A stretch of DNA of 64,000 nt, taken from NCBI GenBank assembly GCA_963716395.1, contig OY970309.1:3328001-3392000 (forward strand), in the 5' to 3' direction. The notes beneath the pieces are model-generated. The model searched no databases. It saw only the letters and a list, made by a program, of their open reading frames with translations, and was not told the origin of the DNA. The stretch's first letter is position 1; each line of letters opens with the position of its first letter. The translations under genes were made by a program, and so were the position numbers. This document shows, piece after piece, positions 47,964 through 58,414 of the stretch. This stretch comes from an uncultured Fibrobacteria bacterium. GTDB taxonomy: Bacteria; Fibrobacterota; Fibrobacteria; UBA11236.

Positions 47964-49745
47964 ATGGAAAAAATCGCCGTGGTGGATTTTGGCGGTCAAT
48001 ACACCCATCTGATTGCCCGCCGCATCCGCCAACTCGGCGTGTATTCCGAAGTCGTTTCCCCGCACTTCCATCCGGACAACCCTGACTGCCGGGGCGTAGT
48101 TCTTTCCGGTGGCCCGCATTCGGTGTATGACCCGGATGCGCCCGCCGGCGATCCCGCGCTGTACCGCGCCGGCCTTCCGATACTCGGATTGTGTTACGGA
48201 CATCAATTATTATCCCGGGCCTTGGGTGGCGAAGTGCGGCGCGGCGCCGTGCATGAATTCGGACCGGCGCAGTTGCATCCCGAAACCGGCCATCCCCTCT
48301 TCCGCGGCGTCGATGCCGCCACCGAAGTGTGGATGAGCCATGGCGACGAAGTCGCGGCCCTGCCGGCGGGATTCCGCGCCGTAGGCTCCACCGACGATTG
48401 CCGCTATGCCGCGGTGGCCGACGACGGCCGTAAAATCTACGGGCTGCAATTCCATCCCGAAGTGGCGCATACCCGCCAGGGCCGGATCATCCTGCGCAAC
48501 TTTCTGGAATTATGCGGCTGCCGCTTTGACTGGAACATGGATCATTATGCGCAGACGCTCACCGCGCAGCTTGGCCGTCAATGCGAAGGCAAAAAAGTTT
48601 TTCTGCTGGTCAGCGGCGGCGTGGATTCCACCGTGGCCTTTGAACTCTTGAACCGCGCCCTGGGCTCCGATCGCGTTTTGGGCCTGCACATCGACAACGG
48701 CCTCATGCGCCGGGGCGAAAGCGCCGAAGTGCTCGACTGCATGCAGAGGCAGGGTTTTCACAATTTGCGGGTGCGGGACGCTGCCGAGCAATTTCTTACG
48801 GCGTTGCACGGCGTGCAGGCGCCCGAGGCCAAACGCCTCGTGATCGGCGAAACCTTTTTGCAAGTCAAAGACGCAGCACTGGCTGAATTGCATCTCGATC
48901 CGTCGGAATGGATCCTGGCGCAAGGCACCATTTATCCCGACACCATCGAAAGCGGGGGAACGCGCCATGCGGCGGTGATCAAAACCCACCATAACCGCGT
49001 ACAGGGTATTCTCGATTTGCTACAAGCGGGCAAAATCGTCGAGCCGCTGGCCGAGCTCTACAAAGACGAAGTGCGCGCCCTAGGCGCCCATCTCGGCATC
49101 CCCGAGGCGTTGCTGAACCGGCATCCTTTTCCCGGTCCGGGCCTGGGCGTGCGCCTGCTCTGCGGCGATGGCCATCCCGAGCCGTTGCCCCCGCAGCTCG
49201 GCGAACAGGTGAACGCCGTGCTGGCCGGCCGCGGACTGAGCGGCGAAGTGCTGCCGGTGAAAAGCGTGGGTGTGCAGGGCGACGCCCGCACCTACGCCCA
49301 CCCCTGCCTCATCCGCGGCACGCGCGATTGGCGCCGCCTGGAGGCGGCCGCCACGGATTTGCTGAACCGGGTGCGGGAGGTAAACCGCGCCGTGATCGAA
49401 ATTCAGGCCGAAGCCGGGGCGTATGCGCCCGCGGCGCGGGAATGCGGACGGGACGCACTGGATCTCCTGCGCGCGGTCGACGCCTTGTGCACTGAATCGT
49501 TACGAAATGAAAATTTATACACCACCGTGTGGCAGATGCCGGTGGTGCTCCTGCCGCTCGACAAGGGGGGCCGACCCGTCTTCGTCCTCCGCCCCGTGTT
49601 GTCGAGCGAGGCCATGACCGCCCGTTTTGCCGAACTTCCCTTTCCGGTTTTGGACGCGCTGGGGGAGAAAATCCGCGCCGGCGGCGCCGGGGCCCTGCTG
49701 TACGACGTGACGCACAAACCTCCCGGCACCATCGAATGGGAATGA
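47964..49745 (+). CDS. guaA: GMP synthase (glutamine-hydrolysing)
   Basis: VDFGGQYTHLI, LGLCYGHQ, QFHPEV, SGGVDS, QGTIYPDTIES, IKTHHN, RHPFPGPGLGVR, KPPGTIEWE. Confidence 0.96.
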   Translation: MEKIAVVDFGGQYTHLIARRIRQLGVYSEVVSPHFHPDNPDCRGVVLSGGPHSVYDPDAPAGDPALYRAGLPILGLCYGHQLLSRALGGEVRRGAVHEFGPAQLHPETGHPLFRGVDAATEVWMSHGDEVAALPAGFRAVGSTDDCRYAAVADDGRKIYGLQFHPEVAHTRQGRIILRNFLELCGCRFDWNMDHYAQTLTAQLGRQCEGKKVFLLVSGGVDSTVAFELLNRALGSDRVLGLHIDNGLMRRGESAEVLDCMQRQGFHNLRVRDAAEQFLTALHGVQAPEAKRLVIGETFLQVKDAALAELHLDPSEWILAQGTIYPDTIESGGTRHAAVIKTHHNRVQGILDLLQAGKIVEPLAELYKDEVRALGAHLGIPEALLNRHPFPGPGLGVRLLCGDGHPEPLPPQLGEQVNAVLAGRGLSGEVLPVKSVGVQGDARTYAHPCLIRGTRDWRRLEAAATDLLNRVREVNRAVIEIQAEAGAYAPAARECGRDALDLLRAVDALCTESLRNENLYTTVWQMPVVLLPLDKGGRPVFVLRPVLSSEAMTARFAELPFPVLDALGEKIRAGGAGALLYDVTHKPPGTIEWE

Positions 49746-50905
49746 AGGAGACGCGCCGAGGGCGCGAGAAAGCCGTGCTGGTGGGTGTGGCCCTGCGCGA
49801 AACGCCGTTGCGGCGGGCCCGGGAACATTTGAGCGAACTGGCCCGACTGGCCGACACCGCCGGCGCCGTGGTGGTGGAGGAAATTCTGCAGCGGCGCACC
49901 GCCCTGGATGCGGCCACCTTGGTGGGCGAAGGCAAGGCCCGCGAAGTGCAGGCCGCGGTGGAAAAGCATCAGGCCGATCTCGTCATCTTCGACGAAGACC
50001 TGTCGGGATCGCAGGCCAAGCGGCTGGAAGGTATCATCCATGCCAAGGTGTTGGATCGCAGCGGCTTGATTCTCGACATCTTCGCCCGACACGCGCAAAC
50101 CGCCGAGGCCAAAATCCAGGTCGAAGTGGCGCAACTGCAATACCTGCTGCCGCGCCTGACCCGGGCCTGGACCCATCTATCGCGCCAGGTCGGCGGCATC
50201 GGCACGCGCGGTCCCGGCGAAACCCAGTTGGAGGTCGACCGCCGCGCCATCCGCCGGCGTGTTTCCGATTTGCGGCGCAAGCTGGAAAAGGTGGAAAGCA
50301 TCCGCGCCGCGCAGCGGCAGCGCCGCGGGCACGCCTTTCACGCCGCGCTGGTGGGCTACACCAATGCGGGCAAATCCACGTTGATGAATGCGCTGACTCA
50401 GGCCGGCGTTACCGCGGTCGACCGCCTTTTCGCCACCTTGGATCCCACCACGCGCCAGCTTTGGCTGGGTCCGCGGCGCCGGGCCGTGCTCTCGGACACG
50501 GTGGGATTCATCCGCAAATTACCGGTGGGCCTGGTGTCGGCCTTTAAGAGCACCCTGGGCGTGGCCGCCGAAGCCACGCTGATCCTCAACGTGGTCGACG
50601 CCTCTTCGGAAGACTTTCCCGAACAGATGGAAATCACGGCGCGCATTCTCGCCGAATTGGGCGTGGTCGATACGCCCCGCATCACCGCTTTCAACAAAAC
50701 CGATTTGCTCGAACCGGAACGGCTGCGTTTTCTGAACGACCATTACCCCGAGGCGGTGTTTCTCTCGGCTGAACAAAAAACCGGGATCGAGGCGTTGCGC
50801 GATCGCCTGTGCGGAGCCTATGATCGCGCCGCCTATTTTGCCACACACGCCGACCCCACTGACCCACCCGAAAAAGCGGCGGCTTGCGACGCCCCCGCAC
50901 CGTAA
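49742..50905 (+). CDS. hflX: GTPase HflX
   Basis: ILDIFARHA, GIGTRGPGETQLEVDRR, VGYTNAGKSTL, LFATLDPT, DTVGFI, NKTD; ATGA overlap with guaA. Confidence 0.95.
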   Translation: MKETRRGREKAVLVGVALRETPLRRAREHLSELARLADTAGAVVVEEILQRRTALDAATLVGEGKAREVQAAVEKHQADLVIFDEDLSGSQAKRLEGIIHAKVLDRSGLILDIFARHAQTAEAKIQVEVAQLQYLLPRLTRAWTHLSRQVGGIGTRGPGETQLEVDRRAIRRRVSDLRRKLEKVESIRAAQRQRRGHAFHAALVGYTNAGKSTLMNALTQAGVTAVDRLFATLDPTTRQLWLGPRRRAVLSDTVGFIRKLPVGLVSAFKSTLGVAAEATLILNVVDASSEDFPEQMEITARILAELGVVDTPRITAFNKTDLLEPERLRFLNDHYPEAVFLSAEQKTGIEALRDRLCGAYDRAAYFATHADPTDPPEKAAACDAPAP

Positions 50906-50920
50906 CTTTCAGGTTTCCCC

Positions 50921-51802
50921 GTGCAGATCAAAACCGTGCTTTCACCCGCCTATCTGGCGCGGGTCTTCAGCCTGCGGCTGCGCGCCCGGGCCGTGCTCGA
51001 AGGCGCGCTGGCCGGGTGGCACCGTTCGCCTTTCCACGGCTATTCCTCGGAGTTCTCGCAATACAAAGGCTATGCCCCGGGCGATGATCTCAAGCACCTG
51101 GATTGGAAGGTGTATGCGCGCCGCGATCAGCCGGTGGTGCGCCAGTACCGCGATGAAACCAACGCCGCGGTGCATCTCGTGGTCGATACGTCCGCGTCCA
51201 TGGGCTACGCCGCCGATCAGCCCTGGAGCAAGCTGGAATACGCCGTGGTGTTGGCGGCCTCACTGGCCTTGCTGGCCGAACGCCAGCGCGATGCGGTGTC
51301 GCTGGCGCTGGGCGGCACGGGACTGGAAGCCTTTCTGCCGCCGCAAAGCGGACCGGCAAGCACGCGCGAAGTGCTCCGGCGCCTCGAATCGGCACGGGCC
51401 GCGGGGGCTACCGATCTCGCCGGCCTGTGCGCGCAAATCGCGCCGCGGGTGCGCGGGCAAAGCTTCTTCTTTCTCTTCACCGATTTGTGGCAAGACCCCG
51501 ACGCCGTGGCCGCGGGACTGCGCCGCGTGCGCAGCAAAACCCGCGGGGCGGCCGTGGTGCAATTGCGCACGCGCGTCGAATCCGAATTTTTCGCATCCGG
51601 CGCCTTCCGCCTGCGCGATCTTGAAACCGGCGAAGAGTTGGCGGTCGACGCGGCGCAAGCCGGTGCGGCCTACCGCGCCGCGGTGCAGGCGCAGGCGGCG
51701 GCGCTGGCGGCCCATTGCGCGCGCCTCGATCTGCGCCTGATTCCGGTGCGCACCGATTGGCCCTGCGATGCGGCCTTGCGCCACATGCTGGAACGCGCTT
51801 GA
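50921..51802 (+). CDS. DUF58 domain protein
   Basis: G.HRSPFHG.SSEFSQYKGYAPGDDLKHLDWKVYAR, DTSASM. Confidence 0.92.
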   Translation: MQIKTVLSPAYLARVFSLRLRARAVLEGALAGWHRSPFHGYSSEFSQYKGYAPGDDLKHLDWKVYARRDQPVVRQYRDETNAAVHLVVDTSASMGYAADQPWSKLEYAVVLAASLALLAERQRDAVSLALGGTGLEAFLPPQSGPASTREVLRRLESARAAGATDLAGLCAQIAPRVRGQSFFFLFTDLWQDPDAVAAGLRRVRSKTRGAAVVQLRTRVESEFFASGAFRLRDLETGEELAVDAAQAGAAYRAAVQAQAAALAAHCARLDLRLIPVRTDWPCDAALRHMLERA

Positions 51803-51823
51803 GCGCGGAGACCGCGGAGACGT

Positions 51824-53767
51824 ATGTTCGGCCTTTTGAATCCCCTGGCGTTGTGGTTGGCGCCCCTCATCGCGGCGCCGCTGATCATCCACTGGCTCGG
51901 CCGCGAACCGCCCCGGGCCCGCGACTTTCCCAGCCTGCTTCTGGTACGGGGCAAACTGGCGCAGGCCATGCGCCGGCACCGGGTCAAGAATTGGTGGCAA
52001 TTGCTCTTGCGCACCTTGGTCTTGCTGCTGCTGGTGCTGTCGGCGGCAAACCCGGTGTGGCGGCTGCACTTCGGGGGTGCGGGTCTGCCATCGCCCCAGG
52101 CCGCCGGCCTGCTGCTGGCCAATGACGCCTACGGCGCGGTACCCGCGGGGCGGACCACGGTTTTACGGCAACAGGATCATTTGCGGCGCAGCCTCGACTC
52201 GCTGACCGCGGGGCATTGCACCACGGAGCCGCTGCTGCGCGACGCGACCGTGTCGCCTGCCGCGCGGCTGGGACGCTACGCCGAGGGAGTCACACAATTG
52301 TTACGGCGGGCCGGTTCCGCAGCTTCGTTTCAACTGTACCTACCGGTGTTCGCGTGGAGCGATCTGGAAGCCGTACGCGGCACGCTGGCTCAGGCGCTGC
52401 GTGCCCACCCAGGCTGGCGGCTGGTGCTCACCGAATACCCGGAAGCGGCTGCGGCGCTTTCGCCCTTCGGCGATCTGCATCTGGCCTTTCCCAAACCCGG
52501 CTTCGCTGAAGTGCGCGCCCGGCGTCGCGCTGGGGTCGCGGACTTTGCGAACGCGGTCTGGACGCCCGTCAACGCTTCGCCGCAAACCGTGCCGGCCGCC
52601 GCCGATAGTTTCTCCCTGACCTTTCCCCTGCCCCCGTCGGGCTGGATGGCCGGAGAACTGGCGCCGCCGGCCGCCGCAGCGGCCCGTTTCGCTTTTGCGC
52701 ACACGCCGATCAGCCTGCGCGTGCCTGCGCCCGCCACCTTGTGCCATGTGGGGAATCCTTTCGCCTCATTAGCCAGCTTGGGCCAGGGAGGTTTGCGGCT
52801 GCACGTTCAAACCTTGGCTTCGCCGCAGGCCCTGCAGAATTCAACGTGCGACGTATTGTATCTCGCCGACCCGGCAGGTCTCGACGCCGACGCCCTGGAA
52901 CGCGCCGCCGAAATTCTGCGCGGCGGCGGCAAGGTGATCGTGGGGTTGGGGCGCAACACCGATCCCTCCCTGCTCAACCGCGGTTTGCTGGAGCCGTTGC
53001 AAGTCGGGAGACTGACCACCTTGGCTTCCCATGCCGCCAAAGCGGTGCGGCCGGAAACCGCGGCCCTGGCCCGTCTCGGCTGGCCCGCGGCCGCATGGGG
53101 CGATCCCGGAAATGTCAATACCGAGATCACATTTATTCCCGACCCCGGCACCGCGGTGTTGCTCACGGCCGGCGGCGATCCCATTCTCGCCTATCGCCAA
53201 GTCGGCCGGGGCGCCTTGCTTTTGTGGACCACCGACGTGAACAACCCGGACTGGACCGATCTGGGCCTGGGCCCCTGGCTGGCGTTGGTGCATCAGGCCT
53301 TCGCGGCCGGGACCTGGAGCGCGGGATCGGGGCTGCTGGAAGTCGCCTCCGACTCGGTGTTTCACTGGTCCGGTGCCGAAGATACGGCTCTGCGGGTACG
53401 CGATCCGCAAGGGGCGGAATTTTTCCGGGTGCGGCGCGACCCCGGCGGCTGGAGCCTGGGCCCTTTCGATCGGCTGGGAATCTATTCCGTGGCCACCGGG
53501 TCGGACACCTTGCGGCTGGCCGTGCGCCTTCAGCCCGGGCCCGCGCCTGCGGCGGCGGCGTGGAAAGGGGAGCGCGCGCGCTTCCTGGCCGAATGGGGCG
53601 CCTTGCGCCCGCGCCTGTTTCTACGCCGGGCCGATGCGGCCGGCCCGCTCTACGGCGGATGGCGGCTGCGCACCGCGCTGCTCGTGACAGCCGCGTTACT
53701 ACTTTTGCTGGAAGGCTTCATCTCCCTGCGCCTGGCGCCCGGACGGCCCGCGGCCGCGCGGGAGTGA
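51824..53767 (+). CDS. BatA (aerotolerance regulator N-terminal) domain membrane protein
   Basis: LLNPLAL...PLIIHWL...FPSLLL...LLLRTL...A.P N-terminus; C-terminal TM ending LLLLEG. Confidence 0.82.
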   Translation: MFGLLNPLALWLAPLIAAPLIIHWLGREPPRARDFPSLLLVRGKLAQAMRRHRVKNWWQLLLRTLVLLLLVLSAANPVWRLHFGGAGLPSPQAAGLLLANDAYGAVPAGRTTVLRQQDHLRRSLDSLTAGHCTTEPLLRDATVSPAARLGRYAEGVTQLLRRAGSAASFQLYLPVFAWSDLEAVRGTLAQALRAHPGWRLVLTEYPEAAAALSPFGDLHLAFPKPGFAEVRARRRAGVADFANAVWTPVNASPQTVPAAADSFSLTFPLPPSGWMAGELAPPAAAAARFAFAHTPISLRVPAPATLCHVGNPFASLASLGQGGLRLHVQTLASPQALQNSTCDVLYLADPAGLDADALERAAEILRGGGKVIVGLGRNTDPSLLNRGLLEPLQVGRLTTLASHAAKAVRPETAALARLGWPAAAWGDPGNVNTEITFIPDPGTAVLLTAGGDPILAYRQVGRGALLLWTTDVNNPDWTDLGLGPWLALVHQAFAAGTWSAGSGLLEVASDSVFHWSGAEDTALRVRDPQGAEFFRVRRDPGGWSLGPFDRLGIYSVATGSDTLRLAVRLQPGPAPAAAAWKGERARFLAEWGALRPRLFLRRADAAGPLYGGWRLRTALLVTAALLLLLEGFISLRLAPGRPAAARE

Positions 53768-53779
53768 CCTCTTCGCAGC

Positions 53780-54658
53780 ATGCGTATTCGCGGCACCACG
53801 CGCCTTCTCGGCCTCTTGGGTCATCCCGTATCCCATTCGTATTCGCCGGCCATGCACAACGAAGCCCTGGCGCGCCTGGGGTTGGATGTGGCCTATGTTC
53901 CGCTCGACGTGGCCCCCGCCGATTTGCCCGCCGCTCTGCGCAGCTTGCGCGCCTCGCAGTTCCTCGGTCTCAACGTTACCTTGCCCCACAAGCAAAGCGT
54001 GCTCACACATCTCGACGCCGTGTCGGATCTGTCGCAACTCCTGGGCGCGGTCAACACGGTGTGGTGGGACCGGGGCCGCTGGAGCGGAACCACCACCGAC
54101 CCCGAAGGCTTTCTCGCGGCCTTTCAAGCCGCGGGCCATTCCTTCGACGGCCAGGCGGTGGCGGTGTTCGGCAACGGGGGTACGGCCCGCACCCTGGCTT
54201 TCGCCCTGCTGCATCTGGCCGCCCCGCGGCGCGTGGCCGTGTGCGCGCGTGACCCGGCCAAGTCGCAAATCCTGGCCGCAGAGGTCGCCGCCAAAACCCC
54301 GCGCCGGCTGGAAACCCTGGACCTGGCCGGATTCGGAGAACGCCGGGGTGAATTCGACGTCTTGGTGCAGGCCACGTCGGTGGGCATGGCGCCCCATTCC
54401 GCGGATTGTCTGCTGCCCGCGAAGTGGCTGGAGCCGGGCCAAATCGTGTACGACGTCGTGTACAATCCCGAGGAAACCGAGCTGTTACGCCGCGCCCGCA
54501 GCCGCGGATGTCGGGTCGTGGGGGGCCTGGGTATGCTGGTTCACCAAGGTCTGGCCTCCTTCCGCCTGTGGACGGGACTCATTCCCGACCCGGAGTTTTT
54601 CTATGCCGGCATCCGCCGCCAGCAGGCCGAAACCGCGGCCGAGACGAGGAAACCGTGA
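53780..54658 (+). CDS. aroE: Shikimate dehydrogenase
   Basis: GHPVSHSYSPAMHN, GLNVTLPHK, GAVNT, TD..GF, GNGGTAR, DVVYNP, GLGMLVHQG. Confidence 0.95.
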   Translation: MRIRGTTRLLGLLGHPVSHSYSPAMHNEALARLGLDVAYVPLDVAPADLPAALRSLRASQFLGLNVTLPHKQSVLTHLDAVSDLSQLLGAVNTVWWDRGRWSGTTTDPEGFLAAFQAAGHSFDGQAVAVFGNGGTARTLAFALLHLAAPRRVAVCARDPAKSQILAAEVAAKTPRRLETLDLAGFGERRGEFDVLVQATSVGMAPHSADCLLPAKWLEPGQIVYDVVYNPEETELLRRARSRGCRVVGGLGMLVHQGLASFRLWTGLIPDPEFFYAGIRRQQAETAAETRKP

Positions 54659-56286
54659 AGTTACCCCTGCGGCGCAACATTTTCTTCACGGGGTTCATGG
54701 CTTCGGGCAAAAGCCGCATCGGGGCGCTCACCGCCGCCTCCTTGGGTTGGAAGTTCTTCGACACCGACAAATGGGTGGAGGAAAATACCGGCAAAACCGT
54801 GGCCGAACTTTTCGCCGAACGCGGCGAAGCGGAATTCCGCCGGCTGGAAGTCGAGGCCCTGCACGCCGTCGGCGCGGAAAACCAGACCGTCATCTCGCTG
54901 GGCGGAGGTACGCTCACCAATCCCGCGGCGCTGGAGTGGATTCGCGGCCATGGGGTGCTGGTGCAATTGTCCGCCTCGCCCGAGGTGATTCTGGAGCGGG
55001 TCAACCGCAAAAAAGATTCGCGCCCGCTGCTGGCCGGAATGGATGACGCCCATAAACTCGACAAGATCCGTACTTTGCTGGCCCAGCGCCAACCCTCCTA
55101 CGACCAGGCCGAATTGCACTTCGAGTCCGAAGAATCGGTGCCGCATCATGTGCTCATGCGCCGCATCATCCATCGGTTGCAAGTCGAAGAGCTCGAACCG
55201 CTATGGGTGGAACTAGGAGAACGCCGCTATCCGATTTACATCGAAGACGACCTGTCGGATCACGTGTCGGCCATCGCCGAAAAGTCCGGGTGCACGCCGC
55301 CTTTTGCCTTGGTCTCGGATCACCAGGTCAAGACGGCCCTGGCCCCCGCCTTGGAGCATATGCGTTCCGACCTGGGTGGTTGCGCGGCTTTTTATTGGAA
55401 GGCGGGCGAACCGGAAAAAACCCTGGCCTCGATTCAGAAACTGATCACCTGGCTGCTGCGCCACGGATTTTCCCGGCGCACCACCTTGCTGGCCTGCGGC
55501 GGCGGCGTGGTGGGCGACATGGCCGGCTTTGCCGCCGCGGTCTTTTTACGCGGGGTGGAATTCGTGCAAATTCCCACCACCTTGCTGGCCATGGTCGATT
55601 CCAGCGTGGGCGGAAAAACCGGCGTGAACCATCCCCTGGGTAAGAATTTGATCGGTGCCTTTCACCAGCCCCGGGCCGTGATCATCAGCCTGGCCCATCT
55701 CGCCACCTTGCCGAGCGAAGACTATCTCGCCGGTGTGGCCGAGGTGGCCAAGTACGCCGTGATCCGCGATGCGGAGTTTTTCGCCTTTCTCGAAACAAAT
55801 GCTGAGGCGGTGCTGCGCCGCGACACGGAGGCGCTCAAGCATTGCATCCGCACGTCCTGTGCCATCAAGGCGGCGGTGGTAGGTCGCGACGAACGCGAAG
55901 CCTCGGGCGAACGCGCCCTGCTCAATTACGGCCACACTTTCGGGCATGCTTTTGAAACCCTCACCGATTTTACCCTGCGGCATGGGGAGGCGGTGGCCTT
56001 GGGCATGCGCTGCGCCGCCCGCCTGTCCGTCGAACTCGGATTGCTTTCCGTCGCGGACGAAGCGCGCCACAACGCGCTGCTCGACCGCCTGAACTTGCCG
56101 CGCCGCTTTCCCGGCACTTTGGATCCCGAGCGCGCCTGGTCCATCATGGGCCGGGACAAAAAAACCGCGGCCGGCCGCCGGGTCTTCATTCTGGCCCGCC
56201 GTCTGGGTGAAGCCTTGGTCTATGATGAGGCGTCGGAGGCTGCCATGGCATCGGCCCTGCGTGCCGTGGCGGGAGACGGGCCGTGA
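54655..56286 (+). CDS. aroB: Shikimate kinase / 3-dehydroquinate synthase fusion (AroK-AroB)
   Basis: AroK: TGFMASGKS, DTD, GEAEFRRLE, LGGG, RPLL. AroB: GGGVVGDMAGF, PTTLLAMVDSSVGGKTG, LNYGHTFGHA, HGEAV. GTGA overlap with aroE. Confidence 0.93.
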   Translation: MKLPLRRNIFFTGFMASGKSRIGALTAASLGWKFFDTDKWVEENTGKTVAELFAERGEAEFRRLEVEALHAVGAENQTVISLGGGTLTNPAALEWIRGHGVLVQLSASPEVILERVNRKKDSRPLLAGMDDAHKLDKIRTLLAQRQPSYDQAELHFESEESVPHHVLMRRIIHRLQVEELEPLWVELGERRYPIYIEDDLSDHVSAIAEKSGCTPPFALVSDHQVKTALAPALEHMRSDLGGCAAFYWKAGEPEKTLASIQKLITWLLRHGFSRRTTLLACGGGVVGDMAGFAAAVFLRGVEFVQIPTTLLAMVDSSVGGKTGVNHPLGKNLIGAFHQPRAVIISLAHLATLPSEDYLAGVAEVAKYAVIRDAEFFAFLETNAEAVLRRDTEALKHCIRTSCAIKAAVVGRDEREASGERALLNYGHTFGHAFETLTDFTLRHGEAVALGMRCAARLSVELGLLSVADEARHNALLDRLNLPRRFPGTLDPERAWSIMGRDKKTAAGRRVFILARRLGEALVYDEASEAAMASALRAVAGDGP

Positions 56287-57257
56287 GCATACTCGTCACG
56301 GGCTGCAATTGCTGCCTCGGTTATCATTTGCTGAATCTTTTGTCGCACACGCCGGGAGAAATCACCGCGCTATCCACCGAATTGCCGCCCGAGCGGTTGC
56401 GGCTGTCGCATGTGCATTACGCCGTGGTCGACTTCAGCGACTACAAACAGATGCACGCCCTGTTATCCGCCTGGAAGCCCGCGGAAATCTACCACATCGT
56501 GTCGCAGGAATTCTCCCTGGGCATGACCGGCATGAAGCCGCCGGCGCTCTTGCAATTCTTCATCATTGGCGCCTACCATCTGTTCGAGGCGGTGCGGCAC
56601 TCCGTGCCCAAGGCGCGCGTGTTGTTCGCTTCGTCGGCCGAAATTTACGGCGGCGGACGCGGCATCGTCGACCTCATCCACCGCGAATCCGATGCGGCCG
56701 TGCCGCTGACTCCGTTTGCCGCGGCTCTGGCTTCGTGCGAGTTGTTGGCCCGCCAATTCGTCGCGGCCCATCACCTCGACATTGTGCTCACGCGCCCGTT
56801 CGGCGTCACCGGTCCGTTTCAAGATCTCAAATTCGTGCTGCCGTCTGCGGCTTCACAAATCGCCGCCATCGATCTGTACGACGGCGAAAGCATCATCTTC
56901 ACCGGCAATCTCGACGTGTCGCGCGATTACCTCGACGTGCGCGACCAGGCGCGGGCCATGGTCTTGCTGGCCAAGCGGGGCATCGGCGGGGAAATCTATA
57001 ACGTGTGCTCGGGCAAGGCGCGCACCATCCGCGATCTGGTGCAATTCCTGATCGGACTCTCGGGCTACCCCATCGAAATCCGTATCGACCCGACCCTGGA
57101 GCGCTCCATCGACATTCCCCTGCTGGTCGGTTCGCCGGAAAAACTCATCGCGCTGACCGGCTGGAAGCCCCTGATCTCACTGGAAGACAGCCTGCGCGAT
57201 CTCTACGCCGAATTGAAAATCCGCCTGGCCGCCTCCCACCGACCGAAAGCCGAATGA
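56283..57257 (+). CDS. GDP-mannose dehydratase/Rmd-like extended SDR with degenerate catalytic motifs
   Basis: ILVTG, SSAEIYG, GNLDVSRDYLDVRD, YNVCSG, TGWKP.ISLEDSL; but TGCNCCLG and PFAAAL replace GxxGxxG and YxxxK. Confidence 0.8.
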   Translation: MSILVTGCNCCLGYHLLNLLSHTPGEITALSTELPPERLRLSHVHYAVVDFSDYKQMHALLSAWKPAEIYHIVSQEFSLGMTGMKPPALLQFFIIGAYHLFEAVRHSVPKARVLFASSAEIYGGGRGIVDLIHRESDAAVPLTPFAAALASCELLARQFVAAHHLDIVLTRPFGVTGPFQDLKFVLPSAASQIAAIDLYDGESIIFTGNLDVSRDYLDVRDQARAMVLLAKRGIGGEIYNVCSGKARTIRDLVQFLIGLSGYPIEIRIDPTLERSIDIPLLVGSPEKLIALTGWKPLISLEDSLRDLYAELKIRLAASHRPKAE

Positions 57258-57261
57258 AATC

Positions 57262-58413
57262 ATGCTCTCTCTTCTGCTTTATCATTTCACCCATCTGCAT
57301 TTGTTCGACAACCGCCTGTTTCGCGCCGGCGCGGCGTCGTTGTTCGCCGCCGCCCTGGTGTTTCTGGCCATGCCGCTGTACATCAAGCTGCTGAACCGCA
57401 TCGACGCCAGTGCCGATTTCGACGCGCACGGAAAAAAAACCCCGCCCATTCTGGGCGGCTTCCTGCTGATCGCGGCGGTGGTGGTGGCGTCGGTGTGCTT
57501 TGCGCGCTTCAACGCCTATTCGGTTTCAACCTTGGTCATTCTGCTGGCCTATGCGGCCACCGGCGCCATCGACGACGTGATGAAGGTGCGCAACAAGCGG
57601 CGCGTAGCGCGCGGATTGCTGGCGCGCGCGGATTACCAGGCCAAAGCCGACGGCATTTCGGCCCGGCTGCGGCTGCTGCTGTACGTGCTTTTTTCCCTGC
57701 TGGTGGCTGTGTTCGCGTACAAATTCATTCCCGGGTTGTCGGGACGCATCACCGTGCCCTTCGTGAAACCCGTCATCTGGTATCCGTATCTGCCCAATTG
57801 GGCCTTCATCGGACTCATTTGCCTGGTCACCACTTCCAGTGCCAACGGCGCGAATTTCACCGACGGCATGGATTCGCTGGCGGCCATTCCCCTCATCACC
57901 ACGGCGGTGTTTGCCGGCACCGTGGCCTACATTTCCGGCAATGTCATTCTGGCCCGGTATTTTCTGATTCCCTATTTGCCGGGCGGCGACGAATTGTTCC
58001 CCATCTGCGGCGCCATGGTGGGATCGCTGCTGGCGTATTTGTGGTACAACAGTCCGCCGGCGGAAATCTATATGGGCGATGCGGGCGCCATCGGGCTGGG
58101 CGGCGCCATCGGCATCATGTTCGTGCTGCTGAAAATCGAATTGTTCCTGCCCATCGTGGGCGTCGTGTTTCTGGCCGAAGCCTTATCGGTGTTGCTGCAG
58201 ATTCTGGGATTCAAATTCACCAAACGCTTTTGGACCGATCGCCGGGGGCGCCGCCTTTTTCTGCGCGCGCCGCTGCACCATCATTATCAGATCAAATGGA
58301 AGGGAAAATTCGATTCGCCCCAGGCCGCGAATTCGAAAATCCTGTGGCGCTTCCACTTGGTTTCCATCCTGGCGCTGATTCTCGGCAGCCTCATCTTTTT
58401 CAAGGTACGGTGA
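57262..58413 (+). CDS. mraY: Phospho-N-acetylmuramoyl-pentapeptide transferase
   Basis: TP.LGG, GAIDDVMK, NGANFTDGMD, WYNSPPAEIYMGDAG, EALSVLLQI, APLHHHY. Confidence 0.88.
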   Translation: MLSLLLYHFTHLHLFDNRLFRAGAASLFAAALVFLAMPLYIKLLNRIDASADFDAHGKKTPPILGGFLLIAAVVVASVCFARFNAYSVSTLVILLAYAATGAIDDVMKVRNKRRVARGLLARADYQAKADGISARLRLLLYVLFSLLVAVFAYKFIPGLSGRITVPFVKPVIWYPYLPNWAFIGLICLVTTSSANGANFTDGMDSLAAIPLITTAVFAGTVAYISGNVILARYFLIPYLPGGDELFPICGAMVGSLLAYLWYNSPPAEIYMGDAGAIGLGGAIGIMFVLLKIELFLPIVGVVFLAEALSVLLQILGFKFTKRFWTDRRGRRLFLRAPLHHHYQIKWKGKFDSPQAANSKILWRFHLVSILALILGSLIFFKVR

Positions 58414-58414
58414 C

